The translations under genes were made by a program, and so were the position numbers. From Anaerolineaceae bacterium (GTDB lineage Bacteria; Chloroflexota; Anaerolineae; Aggregatilineales; Phototrophicaceae): DNA of 40,000 nt. The DNA lies in the NCBI GenBank assembly GCA_020634165.1, contig JACKCF010000002.1, positions 17,767 to 57,766 of the forward strand, given 5' to 3'. The notes beneath the pieces are model-generated. The model did not search any database. It was not told the origin of the DNA and saw only the letters and a list, made by a program, of their open reading frames with translations. How positions within the stretch are numbered: position 1 is the first letter of the stretch; each line of letters begins with the position of its first letter. Positions 1-9,605 of the stretch are shown one piece after another.

Positions 1-223
1 GTCCAGTGAGGTAGTTACCCTCTTCAATAACGGTGGTGTAATTCTCTACTATTCGCCACTGCTGAGGCAGGCTTGTCGAGAGTAACCCTGCTTCTGTGAG
101 TGGCTTGAATGAGTTGACAACCAACATCCACAGAGGTAGACCTACCCATAAAATAGCAACAAGAGTCAGTGCCAAATACTTGGTAATGGATATTATGCTT
201 GAATGGAAGATTTTATCTGTCAT
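1..223 (-). CDS. carbohydrate ABC transporter permease (second permease, MalG-like), N-terminal part; gene runs off the window
   Basis: ATG at 223-221 overlaps the TGA (222-220) of the upstream permease (ATGA coupling). My translation is MTDKIFHSSIISITKYLALTLVAILWVGLPLWMLVVNSFKPLTEAG..., an N-terminal TM helix followed by an NSFK segment typical of sugar ABC permease 2. Not in the ORF track because it is truncated. Confidence 0.8.
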   Translation of the reverse strand, partial: MTDKIFHSSIISITKYLALTLVAILWVGLPLWMLVVNSFKPLTEAGLLSTSLPQQWRIVENYTTVIEEGNYLTG

Positions 224-1167
224 TGCATGGATACCTCACGGCGGCGGAGATAGGTGACGAGTGGAACTGCGGTGAAGATCACGATTAACGTAATCACAAG
301 GCTTAACGCGCTGCCAGTTCCAAAGTACCCACCAGTCCATTGCTGTTGCATTGCCAGGTTGAGTACCCTCGTAGCAGTTCCCGGACCACCTCGAGTGGTG
401 GCTGCCGGGATGTCGTATGCACTAATGGCTCCCAACAAGGTTGTCACAATAGTGAAAGTAAAGGCAGGTGCTAAAAGTGGGAGGCGGATGCTTGTTAAGC
501 GTTGCCACACAGAAGCCCCGTCGATTGTTGCTGCCTCCAATAGTTCTTTGGGGATCGCGTTCAGACCTGCAATGTAGACAAGCGTCGCGATGCCACTCCA
601 CTTCCATGCATCTGTGAAGGCGACCGCGAGCAGTGCTGTCCGTGCATCACCAAACCACGCATGGCTAAATCCCGGAACGAAGATTGCAATAATCTGGTTG
701 ATAGGCCCATTGGGGCTCAGCATGGCATACCAGATAAAACCTGCAGCAACGGACGAAATCAGAACGGGGATGAAGAATATTGAACGAAAAACAGAATTAA
801 TAAAATTCGTTTGTTCTAAAGCCAGAGCCAAAAGTAAGCTAACGACATTCTGCACCATCATAGCTACAATTGCATAGGCCACTGTAATGCTGATGGCTTC
901 AAGAAGGATGCCTTGACGTTGTAAAATTTCAAAGTTGTATAGGCCATTCCAGTCAATCTTGCTGCTATAGGTACTCCAATTGGTAAACGCAAGCCGAAAG
1001 TTGAGTAAGAATGGAAGGACAAAGAATAGACCAACAAAGACGATAGCTGGAAGCGCGAATGGCCACCACATGCCCCCCGGCTGGAAACGTCTGCTTCTCT
1101 GGGAAGGGTTTTTGACCTTACCAGTATCCCCTTGTCCTGTTTTTTGGGGTCGCTGTATTACACTCAT
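220..1167 (-). CDS. carbohydrate ABC transporter permease (MalF-like)
   Basis: 315-aa ORF with multiple TM helices and a binding-protein-dependent permease signature region (EAATIDGASVWQRLTSIRLPLLAP). Operon position lies between the solute-binding protein and the second permease. Confidence 0.9.
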   Translation of the reverse strand: MSVIQRPQKTGQGDTGKVKNPSQRSRRFQPGGMWWPFALPAIVFVGLFFVLPFLLNFRLAFTNWSTYSSKIDWNGLYNFEILQRQGILLEAISITVAYAIVAMMVQNVVSLLLALALEQTNFINSVFRSIFFIPVLISSVAAGFIWYAMLSPNGPINQIIAIFVPGFSHAWFGDARTALLAVAFTDAWKWSGIATLVYIAGLNAIPKELLEAATIDGASVWQRLTSIRLPLLAPAFTFTIVTTLLGAISAYDIPAATTRGGPGTATRVLNLAMQQQWTGGYFGTGSALSLVITLIVIFTAVPLVTYLRRREVSMQ

Positions 1168-1308
1168 TCGCTGCCTCCAGTCTGTGCAGTTATTTTTGTT
1201 GATTCAACAGGGCGTTCAACATATGCTGCAAAGTATTTTGCCTGCTTACTGAATAGGGCAAAGGTAACCTTTGATCCCTTTGCCCTGTTGAACCATCTTA
1301 TCGGTTAT

Positions 1309-2580
1309 TTACTCCCAACCGGGCAGACCAGCAGCTATAGCGCCTTGCTCCAGTTGGAGTTGGTACGTCACTGCTGCCTGTTCTGGTGTTGCCTGTCCGC
1401 TGACAAGTGTGCCCATAATCACATCGAACTGGATTCCGGGCGGACGGTTTGCATCCCATGAAGGACCACTGTTAAAGTCGTAAATTTCCTTGAGTAGGAG
1501 GGTAAGTCCTTGGGCATCAGCCGGGTTTTCAAAACCTTCCATAACCGGGAAAGTCTGTGACTCATCAATTGTTTCCTGGTAGCCATCGCCTGTGGCATAA
1601 CGGATAAAGTCTAGTGCTGCTGCCTCACGTGCGGAGTCGCCGGTCAATGGAGCGTAATATGACCCTGTCGGGCTGGCACCCCACCATGCAGCCGGGCCAT
1701 TAGACGCGGGGAAGGTCTCGCCAATTGTGCTATCAGCCAGCTCGGTATCGCCGTCAAACTGCTCGTTCCACAGGGCAGTGACAGGTGGTAAAGCGACCAT
1801 CGCAGCACCACCTTCAGCGACAACTGATATGCCATTCTCGAATGTGGTCGTCGTGATATCCTCGGGGAAGCATCCGTTATTGAGAAGATCACTATAGGCG
1901 GTTAAGGCAGCTACGAGTGGGCTATCCGGGGCATCAGCAGTGGTTTCCTTATCCAGGAGGGATTGCAGGTAGTCGGTATCCATGTCTGCCAAATACATGA
2001 CGGGCAGAAGCTGTGTTGGCCAAAGCGAACCACCACTTTCCCAGATCGGGATAACATCAGGTGCAACTTCCTTCAAAGTCTCGCAAGCAGCAGCGAGTTC
2101 AGTGAAGTTTTGTGGGGGTTCGATACCTGCGTCGGCGAGAACCTGCTTGTTGTAGTATAAGCCAAATACCTGCGGGAAGGATGTAATCGCGGCATACGTG
2201 TGCCCATCTACTGTCCCTAACGCGGGATAGAGAGCAGGAGCAAGTTCTATGAATGCCTCGTCACTGAGATCCTGAAGATTTTCAGTATTGAGTTGCAATA
2301 CTGCAGCCGGGGTTGCGTGATATTCCATGATATCTGGTCGCTCACCAGCAGCCCATCGTGTCAGGACTGCGTTTTCAAAGCCGTCAGCCGGAATGGCAAC
2401 CAGTTCAACTGCATTGCCAGTTTCCTCTGCCCAGCGCTCGAAAACGTTGACAAACGCATCAGGAGACGCTGAATTGTACCAGATGGTTAACGTGACGGGT
2501 TCGTCTTGGGCCTTTACTGCAGAAATCATCATGATGATGAGTGCTGCTACGGCCATAATACGTGTGAGATTTTTTGACAT
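1309..2580 (-). CDS. ABC transporter extracellular solute-binding protein (family 1, sugar/oligosaccharide)
   Basis: 423 aa with an N-terminal signal-like helix (MSKNLTRIMAVAALIIMMISAVKAQ). Composition is typical of sugar-binding proteins, and it is the first gene of the permease operon. Confidence 0.88.
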   Translation of the reverse strand: MSKNLTRIMAVAALIIMMISAVKAQDEPVTLTIWYNSASPDAFVNVFERWAEETGNAVELVAIPADGFENAVLTRWAAGERPDIMEYHATPAAVLQLNTENLQDLSDEAFIELAPALYPALGTVDGHTYAAITSFPQVFGLYYNKQVLADAGIEPPQNFTELAAACETLKEVAPDVIPIWESGGSLWPTQLLPVMYLADMDTDYLQSLLDKETTADAPDSPLVAALTAYSDLLNNGCFPEDITTTTFENGISVVAEGGAAMVALPPVTALWNEQFDGDTELADSTIGETFPASNGPAAWWGASPTGSYYAPLTGDSAREAAALDFIRYATGDGYQETIDESQTFPVMEGFENPADAQGLTLLLKEIYDFNSGPSWDANRPPGIQFDVIMGTLVSGQATPEQAAVTYQLQLEQGAIAAGLPGWE

Positions 2581-2690
2581 TGTATATTCTCCCTAAACAT
2601 TTGTTTTGAATTAGCCTTATAGATTGATAGTGATTACTCAGTTCACCTCCTCATTTGTTAAAACTCTGGGAGCCTAACTACCTGGCTCTA

Positions 2691-2706
2691 ACTTACACGA
2701 GTAAGT
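2691..2706. promoter_or_regulatory. candidate LacI-family operator (ACTTAC-N4-GTAAGT) upstream of the transporter operon
   Basis: acttacacgagtaagt has perfect 6-bp inverted arms. Its reverse complement recurs at 3832-3847 (15/16 identical) in the lacI/rhamnosidase intergenic region. Confidence 0.6.
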
Positions 2707-2754
2707 AATTGGCTAAAAAAAGTCAGTGTAATCGTCAATGCTTGCCAATCGAAT

Positions 2755-3771
2755 CTAATCAGGTACAGGACCTGTGGATTCCCTAACTTGAACTTGCCAT
2801 CCCGCTGTGATGGTTTCACGCTTGCTTTCAGGATATGTTAATCGCTTTACTAATAGTTGCACGGCGTGGCGACCGATTTGTTCAGTATCGCTTCCTACGG
2901 TAGTCAGGCTTGGGATCATGTACTTGACATCAGGGTTATCATCAAAACCTGCGACGGATAAATCGTTTGGTACTGACAGACCAAGGTCGTGAGCAGCACG
3001 AATTGCTGCAATCGCCAGAATGTCATTAATTGCCAGCAATGCTGTTGGTCGATCCGGTTGGCTCAGTATATTCATGGTTGCCTGGTAAGCATCTTCTCGG
3101 GATGGGCCACAGTGATATACCCATCGCTCGTCGAACGGCAGATTCGCATTCGCAAATGCTTGCCTGTATGCATTTAAGCGATCCAAACCCTGTATTGCGC
3201 CCTGGACACCATGCAAAAAAGCAATGTGACGGTGCCCCAACTCAAATAGGTGATTCATGATGACTACGGTGGCATCATCATATCCATGACGAAGGTAGTC
3301 AAAGTCCGAGACAGTCGATGTAATTTCTACGATGGGGTGCGTTGATTTACGGAGTTGTTGCTTGATTTGGTTTGGGAGTGCACCGAGCTCAATGACCAAT
3401 ATCAGCCCATCTACACGTTGTTCAGCTAATTCACTTATCCTCTGATTCTCTTGTGTAGCATTAAGTGCGCTATTCGCTAATAAAACCTTGTAACCAGCTT
3501 CATTTGCTTCACGGGAAATACCATTGAGTATTCCCCATTGGAAAGGGTTGTCATAAAGTGAAAGCATCACACCGATTGTTTTGGTATCACCGCTACGAAG
3601 TGCCTGAGCGCCTGCATTAATGACATAGCCTAATTCATTGATTGCGTTCATCACCCGGCGGCGTGTGTCATCGGTTATACCCTGTGTATCGACACCATTT
3701 ATGACATAAGATACTGTTGCTCTTGAAACACCTGCTAAACGCGCAACATCTGTCTGTGTCGGTTTCTTCAT
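2755..3771 (-). CDS. LacI family transcriptional regulator
   Basis: N-terminal HTH (KKPTQTDVARLAGVSRATVSYVING) plus a periplasmic-binding-protein-like sugar-binding core. I prefer the internal ATG at 3771 (MKKPT...) to the track start at 3789. Confidence 0.9.
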   Translation of the reverse strand: MKKPTQTDVARLAGVSRATVSYVINGVDTQGITDDTRRRVMNAINELGYVINAGAQALRSGDTKTIGVMLSLYDNPFQWGILNGISREANEAGYKVLLANSALNATQENQRISELAEQRVDGLILVIELGALPNQIKQQLRKSTHPIVEITSTVSDFDYLRHGYDDATVVIMNHLFELGHRHIAFLHGVQGAIQGLDRLNAYRQAFANANLPFDERWVYHCGPSREDAYQATMNILSQPDRPTALLAINDILAIAAIRAAHDLGLSVPNDLSVAGFDDNPDVKYMIPSLTTVGSDTEQIGRHAVQLLVKRLTYPESKRETITAGWQVQVRESTGPVPD

Positions 3772-3831
3772 CACACAATACCAATTCACGAAAATACTTT
3801 TGCGATAAATCTAGTTACTTGATACAATTTT

Positions 3832-3847
3832 ACTTACTCGTGTAAGC
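3832..3847. promoter_or_regulatory. second copy of the candidate LacI operator, between lacI-like gene and rhamnosidase
   Basis: acttactcgtgtaagc is the reverse complement of 2691-2706 except for the last base. Confidence 0.6.
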
Positions 3848-3899
3848 TAAACATAACAAGTTTTTACTATAGTGTCAAGTACTTTGAGAAAGATTGTTT

Positions 3900-6641
3900 A
3901 TGACAACCATCACAAACCCTCAATGTGAATATCGGACGAACCCTATGGGTATTGATGTACAAAAGCCTCGTTTCAGTTGGAAAATGGAGACAAATCGTCA
4001 GGGCGCACATCAGACCGCTTATCGTATATTTTTTGCAACTGACAAAAATCTGTTAAATGAAAATGAGGCGGATTGTTGGGATACGGGAAAAGTTGAGACA
4101 GACCAAAGTGTACAAATCATATATGAAGGTCAAGCCTTGGTTTCTCGCCAGCGTGTGTACTGGAAAGTGCAAGTATGGGATGAGACCAATAGCGTAAGTG
4201 AAAGTGATGTTGCCTGGTTTGAGATGGGCTTGCTTGAATCAGAGGATTGGCAAGCCAAGTGGATAGGTGCCAACCTCGCTGGTAATTCTGAAACCATGAT
4301 CCCCGTACCTTACTTCCGAAAAGGCTTTGCAATATCAGAGGAGCCTGTGTCTGCACGTCTGTACATCACCGCTCTAGGTGTATTTGAGTGTTCAATAAAC
4401 GGTGAACGTGTTGGTGAAGATATATTTTCTCCCGGATGGACAGATTACGGAAAACGAGTCCAATACCTGACTTACGATGTAATGAAGCATTTGCGATCAG
4501 GTGATAATGTTATCGGTACAATACTTGGCGATGGATGGGCAGCAGGTTATATCGGATGGACGGGAAGACAGAGTTATGTTGATCGCCCACGAATTCTTGC
4601 ACAACTAGTAATCACGTTTAACAATGGACAGACTCAAACAATTGTTACTGATAGTTCGTGGACTTATCAGTTTGGTCCAATTATTTATAGTGATTTTCAA
4701 ATGGGTGAGGCATACGATTCCCGTAAGGAACTCGTTGCTTGGGATACACGCTATGCGAGTCCATCCGACTGGATACAAGTTGAGGTATTCCAACATCCTG
4801 ATATTGCTCTGACCGCACAGACTGGCCCAACAGTTCGCCGTATTCAGGAGCTTGTCCCAACAGCAGAGCCTCTTAAAACTGCACCATTACGATGGCTGTT
4901 TGACCTTGGTCAAAATATGGTTGGACGAGTGCGATTCCAAGGTGCTGCGCCCGCTGGAACAACCGTCACATTTCGCTTCGCTGAAATCCTTGATGAAAAT
5001 GGTGCACTTTACACCGCAAATTTGCGAACTGCAAATGCAACAGATTCCTATACTTTTAAAGGAAATGGTAAGGAAACTTGGGAGGCGAAATTCACATTTC
5101 ATGGTTTCCGATATGTTGAAATTGAGGGCTATATCGGTGATGTCACCAGAGATACGATCACAGGCATTGTCCTGCATTCAGCGATGGAACAAACAGGCAC
5201 TTTTGATTGTTCTGACCCATTACTAAACCAACTTCAACGGAATATCTTCTGGGGTCAAAAAGGAAATTTCCTCGAACTTCCAACAGATTGCCCCCAGAGG
5301 GATGAACGTTTAGGGTGGACTGGCGATATTCAGGTATTCTCAGAGACAGCAGCGTTCAACATGGATATTGCTGGTTTTATGACACGCTGGGCACAAAACG
5401 TCCAGGATGCACAAAATCCAGATGGATCAATTCCTGCTGTTGTGCCCTATGCCTCGAACCTGCAAACAGATGGAGGGCCAGCATGGTCCGATGCCGCTAT
5501 CATTTGTATCTGGATAGTCTATATGTATTACGGAGATGTGCGTATTCTGGAGCAACATTATGGGACAATGAAATACTTTATGGATTTTCTGGTTGAAACT
5601 AGTCCCAATCACATTCGATGTGCACCGGATTACGAGGGCTGGCCTGGGTTTGGCGACTGGTTATCGGTTAATGCGAGTACTCCGCGTGACCTGATCGGGA
5701 CAGCTTTTCTCGCCTATGATGCCAGCTTGATGGCAAGAATTGCGGCCATCATCAATAAACCAGAAGATGTAGAACGTTATCAACAATTGTTTAATGATAC
5801 AAAACAGGCCTTTTGTGACCGCTATCTCGCTGGAAGCAATGTACCGATTGTCGCAATACAACCGTCAGCGATGCGTCGTGAGATGGATGATGCAGACCGT
5901 ATTTCTCAGGGGAATCTGGAGCGGGTTGATTATGGCGAAATAGCGTCTGAAGTGTTCAATACGGATCTATTCACTCCCACGCAAACAGCATATGTGCTTG
6001 CTTTGTATTTTGACCTATTGCCCGAAGATCTACGTACAAAAGCTGTTAACGAGCTTGTTGCAGATATAAAGCGGCGCGGTATGCATCTCTCTACTGGTTT
6101 CGTCGGTACTCCCTATCTTAATCACGTCCTCAGTGAGAATGGGCAGTTGGACGTAGCCTATGAGTTATTGCACCAAAAGACATGGCCTTCCTGGTTGTAC
6201 GCTGTAACACAAGGCGCAACAACAATCTGGGAGCGTTGGGATGGATGGACTGAAGAAAATGGATTCCAGACACCAGAAATGAATTCATTCAATCATTACG
6301 CTTATGGTGCAATTGGCGCATGGATGTATCGGACGATCGCAGGCGTTAACATTGATCCCGATCAACCCGCATACAAAAACATTTCGCTATCCCCACAACC
6401 GGGCGGTGGCTTAAAATACGCTCGCGCCACCCTCAAGACAGCTTATGGTGAGCTAGTGTCACACTGGCAATTTGATGCAGACACATTTAAGTACGATGTA
6501 GTCATTCCACCCAATTCAACAGCAAGTGTGATTTTGCCATTTGATGGCAATATTTTCCTAAACGGCGAACGTACACAAGGTACTTGCCATAAGTTGATGG
6601 CGGGTGAGTATACATTTGAGGTCACGCAGGTCGTATCGTAA
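3900..6641 (+). CDS. alpha-L-rhamnosidase (glycoside hydrolase family 78)
   Basis: The N-terminal PRFSWKMETNRQGAHQTAYRI motif and the catalytic-domain segment TDCPQRDERLGWTGD are characteristic of GH78. About 913 aa from the ATG at 3900; the track begins at a TTG at 3894. Confidence 0.92.
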   Translation: MTTITNPQCEYRTNPMGIDVQKPRFSWKMETNRQGAHQTAYRIFFATDKNLLNENEADCWDTGKVETDQSVQIIYEGQALVSRQRVYWKVQVWDETNSVSESDVAWFEMGLLESEDWQAKWIGANLAGNSETMIPVPYFRKGFAISEEPVSARLYITALGVFECSINGERVGEDIFSPGWTDYGKRVQYLTYDVMKHLRSGDNVIGTILGDGWAAGYIGWTGRQSYVDRPRILAQLVITFNNGQTQTIVTDSSWTYQFGPIIYSDFQMGEAYDSRKELVAWDTRYASPSDWIQVEVFQHPDIALTAQTGPTVRRIQELVPTAEPLKTAPLRWLFDLGQNMVGRVRFQGAAPAGTTVTFRFAEILDENGALYTANLRTANATDSYTFKGNGKETWEAKFTFHGFRYVEIEGYIGDVTRDTITGIVLHSAMEQTGTFDCSDPLLNQLQRNIFWGQKGNFLELPTDCPQRDERLGWTGDIQVFSETAAFNMDIAGFMTRWAQNVQDAQNPDGSIPAVVPYASNLQTDGGPAWSDAAIICIWIVYMYYGDVRILEQHYGTMKYFMDFLVETSPNHIRCAPDYEGWPGFGDWLSVNASTPRDLIGTAFLAYDASLMARIAAIINKPEDVERYQQLFNDTKQAFCDRYLAGSNVPIVAIQPSAMRREMDDADRISQGNLERVDYGEIASEVFNTDLFTPTQTAYVLALYFDLLPEDLRTKAVNELVADIKRRGMHLSTGFVGTPYLNHVLSENGQLDVAYELLHQKTWPSWLYAVTQGATTIWERWDGWTEENGFQTPEMNSFNHYAYGAIGAWMYRTIAGVNIDPDQPAYKNISLSPQPGGGLKYARATLKTAYGELVSHWQFDADTFKYDVVIPPNSTASVILPFDGNIFLNGERTQGTCHKLMAGEYTFEVTQVVS

Positions 6642-6686
6642 TCCTCGCTATGCGGGGTAAAACTACGCCCGAAAGGTTCTATACAA

Positions 6687-7970
6687 ATGCAATTCGATTT
6701 GTTATCGCCCCGTCAACAACTTGTGCGAATCATGCAGCGTATCTATTACGGTGGTTTGACTACGCTGTCAGGTGGAAATCTATCGATCCGGGATAACGAC
6801 GACACTATTTGGATTACGCCAAGTGGAATTGATAAGGGCAAACTCATTGATAAAGATATGGTGGCTGTCTACCCGGATGGCAGCTACGCGGGTTTGCATA
6901 AACCATCATCTGAGTTGCCGTTTCATGAGGCAATCTACAAAGCACGCCCCGATCTTAGGGCAATTGTACACGCTCATACCCCAGCTCTGGTTGCATTTAG
7001 TATTGTCCGTAAGGTACCAGATACACGAATTATCCCGCAAGCACATCGTATTTGCGGACAAGTTGGCTACGCTCCATATGCCTTACCAGGTAGTGGAATC
7101 TTGGGTGAAAACATTTCAAATACCTTCGCTCAGGGTTTTAATGCTATTTTGCTGGAAAATCATGGTGTGGTGACAGCAGACGCAACGCTCCTGGATGCTT
7201 TCCAAAGATTGGAAACTCTCGACTTTTGTGCCCGCAGCCAGATGTATGCTCAGAGCTTCGGCGAAATTTCCAACTTAACTAAGGATGAATTAGATTTATT
7301 CGAACATCGAGACAATCACCTACCCGTGTTTATGCCCGACCAACACTCCAGTTATGAGCGAGAACAACGTGAAAAAGTTGTGGACATCGTTCACCGAGCT
7401 TGTGAGCGCAGTCTCATGATAAGCACCGAAGGTGTTGTATCAGCGAGGATAAATGACCAATCATTCTTGATAACTCCTACAGGTGTAGATCGTCCCTCAG
7501 TTGATTTGGAAAGTTTGGTACTTGTCAGCGAGGGTAAACAGGAAATGGGTAAACTGGCAAGTCGTTCGGTTCTCCTCCACCAAGAAATCTATAAGTCTAA
7601 TCCCGATGTGAACGCGATCATTACAGCACAATCCCCTTATGCAACAGCATTTACAATCTCCGAGAGATCATTTGATACAAAAACTATCCCGGAGAGCTAT
7701 ATCATGTTATTAGAAACACCGAAGCTATCGTTTGGTGTGCAATACAAGCAACCTGCGGAAGTCTCAAAGATCATTGCTTTGGGCAATCCTGTTGTGCTCT
7801 TGCAAAATGATTGTGTTCTGACGACGGGGACTACGTTGTTAAATGCCTTTGACCGACTTGAAGTAGCAGAGTTCACAGCACGTTCATTGGTTGAATCTTT
7901 CTCGATCGGGGATTTAGTTCCTATTGGAAACGAAGAAATTCAAGCATTAAAAGATAAGTTTTTGACTTGA
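6687..7970 (+). CDS. tandem class II aldolase/adducin-domain protein (rhamnulose-1-phosphate aldolase-like)
   Basis: Two class II aldolase-like halves. The first has the metal-ligand pattern VHAHTPAL ... LENHGVV. The second has TAQSPYA ... LQNDCVL at the equivalent positions. Confidence 0.8.
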   Translation: MQFDLLSPRQQLVRIMQRIYYGGLTTLSGGNLSIRDNDDTIWITPSGIDKGKLIDKDMVAVYPDGSYAGLHKPSSELPFHEAIYKARPDLRAIVHAHTPALVAFSIVRKVPDTRIIPQAHRICGQVGYAPYALPGSGILGENISNTFAQGFNAILLENHGVVTADATLLDAFQRLETLDFCARSQMYAQSFGEISNLTKDELDLFEHRDNHLPVFMPDQHSSYEREQREKVVDIVHRACERSLMISTEGVVSARINDQSFLITPTGVDRPSVDLESLVLVSEGKQEMGKLASRSVLLHQEIYKSNPDVNAIITAQSPYATAFTISERSFDTKTIPESYIMLLETPKLSFGVQYKQPAEVSKIIALGNPVVLLQNDCVLTTGTTLLNAFDRLEVAEFTARSLVESFSIGDLVPIGNEEIQALKDKFLT

Positions 7971-7973
7971 CAA

Positions 7974-8960
7974 TCATTTTATGTTGTCGAACCACCTTGT
8001 TGCCTTACTTTTACTCAGATTCACAATGATCTGTTGCAGATCTTCGTGTCCCTGCATTTTGGAAGTTATTTGCTTTTTCAGCAGAGACTCATTATTCAGG
8101 AACGGAAGATTATCTAATACATAAATCACTGCTGCATGTATTCTGACATGAATATCTCCTTCCTTGGTGGTGAAATTTGGTTCAACTATTTCCAGCTCTC
8201 GTGCGATGAGCAAGCATAGATGATGAAGCTTTCTATAGCGAATGACGTGTACTGGATACAGCGTCTTATAAAGCCATGTATCGGGCGCCGTGACAATCGC
8301 TAAACATAGTATAGATATGGAGCTACATCCATATGCCAAGATTTGCCAGATAGAGTAGACGTTGCTCGCTTGCAACGAAAGCCCGTATATAGCAGCAAGC
8401 ACGTTAAAAATTACACAAGCAAATAAGAAGAACTGCAAAAGGGATTGCCAGAAGTGATGTGCCAGGGCGATATCACTCATCATCTGTGTATTACCTCCAG
8501 CGGTACCTAGAACAACAAACGCCGGAATATTGCCAAAAAATATTATTAGATGGCTGCACCAGTAGATTGTTGAATACGGTGTGTTTTGAAGGATTATCAT
8601 CAGCGACAAGTTGAGTGCTTCGGCAAGCAACAAACTAACGAATGTAATTCGAACAAGCGTGACATGCAGAAGCTTCTTCAAGCTGATGGTATAAAGTGCT
8701 GCTACAAAAAAGTACAGGGAGGTCCGCGCAATCATTGCAAATGGAACATTCCATTGAGGTAGAACTATGGTATCCAATCTCTGAAGGACATAATAGCTGT
8801 TGAACAGATAACCAAAACCCGTCAGATAGGCACTCAGCCATAACATCAACCATGGAAATCGTAGGAATTGGGGATCACGCCCATGCCCAAGCAAGCGTGA
8901 TACATAATAGGACCACCAGACAATACCCAATCCGATGTATATTTGCTCGATGACATTCAT
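7974..8960 (-). CDS. polytopic membrane protein of unknown function (last gene of XRE/ImmA operon)
   Basis: Roughly 7-8 hydrophobic helices followed by a ~90-aa soluble tail. Starts at the ATG at 8960 (MNVIEQ...) or the TTG at 8969, a few nt after the ImmA-like stop. Confidence 0.7.
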   Translation of the reverse strand: MNVIEQIYIGLGIVWWSYYVSRLLGHGRDPQFLRFPWLMLWLSAYLTGFGYLFNSYYVLQRLDTIVLPQWNVPFAMIARTSLYFFVAALYTISLKKLLHVTLVRITFVSLLLAEALNLSLMIILQNTPYSTIYWCSHLIIFFGNIPAFVVLGTAGGNTQMMSDIALAHHFWQSLLQFFLFACVIFNVLAAIYGLSLQASNVYSIWQILAYGCSSISILCLAIVTAPDTWLYKTLYPVHVIRYRKLHHLCLLIARELEIVEPNFTTKEGDIHVRIHAAVIYVLDNLPFLNNESLLKKQITSKMQGHEDLQQIIVNLSKSKATRWFDNIK

Positions 8961-8972
8961 GAAGCACAAGCA

Positions 8973-9584
8973 TCAAAGTTGATCAAATGGCGGGAAGAGA
9001 TTCGTATTGGTTGTCTTTACTAGATAGCGCCGAAAACTATGTTGTCTGATTCGAGAGAGTAGGAGATTTGCAAACTGCTCGGCTTCCTGCTCTTCAACGC
9101 CAATGGCATTGCGTGTCCGACAATGCCCAACCATGTTTTTTAGCAAGGCAGCTAGCTCGTCAGGTAAATTAGCTCCCCGAACACGATACCCTTGGTGCTT
9201 GAGAACAATATGGGCTGATTCATGAACGACCGTATGGTTCTGAATCAGAGGATGCTTGCCCATATTGTAGAAAATAAAATCCTGTTCATGCGCGTGAACA
9301 TAGGCTCCAGAAAGCGACTCTGAGAAAGGTATTGCCACCAGATCAATTTCACGATTCAGTGCGTGCCGAAGATGGTCAACATAATTCGGAATGGAAAATG
9401 TATCAGGTTGATAACCTAGTGCATCAATGACCGAAACCAAATCCGAATCCGTAGATAATCCTGTTCCACTGTCGATTTGTGCCTGTCGCGGTGCAAGTCT
9501 AGTTCCTGATTGACTGCGGCCAGTTTTTTCCTCGATGTGACGCAACATCAAAACCAGATCATTTTGATTGATAGATAGCAGCAT
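8973..9584 (-). CDS. ImmA/IrrE-family zinc metallopeptidase-like protein
   Basis: HExxH motif in the context VVHESAHIVLKH. Size (~200 aa) and linkage to an XRE regulator match ImmA/IrrE (DUF955) proteins. Confidence 0.75.
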   Translation of the reverse strand: MLLSINQNDLVLMLRHIEEKTGRSQSGTRLAPRQAQIDSGTGLSTDSDLVSVIDALGYQPDTFSIPNYVDHLRHALNREIDLVAIPFSESLSGAYVHAHEQDFIFYNMGKHPLIQNHTVVHESAHIVLKHQGYRVRGANLPDELAALLKNMVGHCRTRNAIGVEEQEAEQFANLLLSRIRQHSFRRYLVKTTNTNLFPPFDQL

Positions 9585-9605
9585 GATACAAACTCCGTAA
9601 CAACC

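Noticed and set aside
254-1461. Plus-strand ORFs (254-577, 590-877, 980-1252, 1132-1461) antisense to the permease and binding-protein genes
   Set aside because: They lie inside strongly supported transporter genes on the minus strand, and their translations lack any protein-like motifs.
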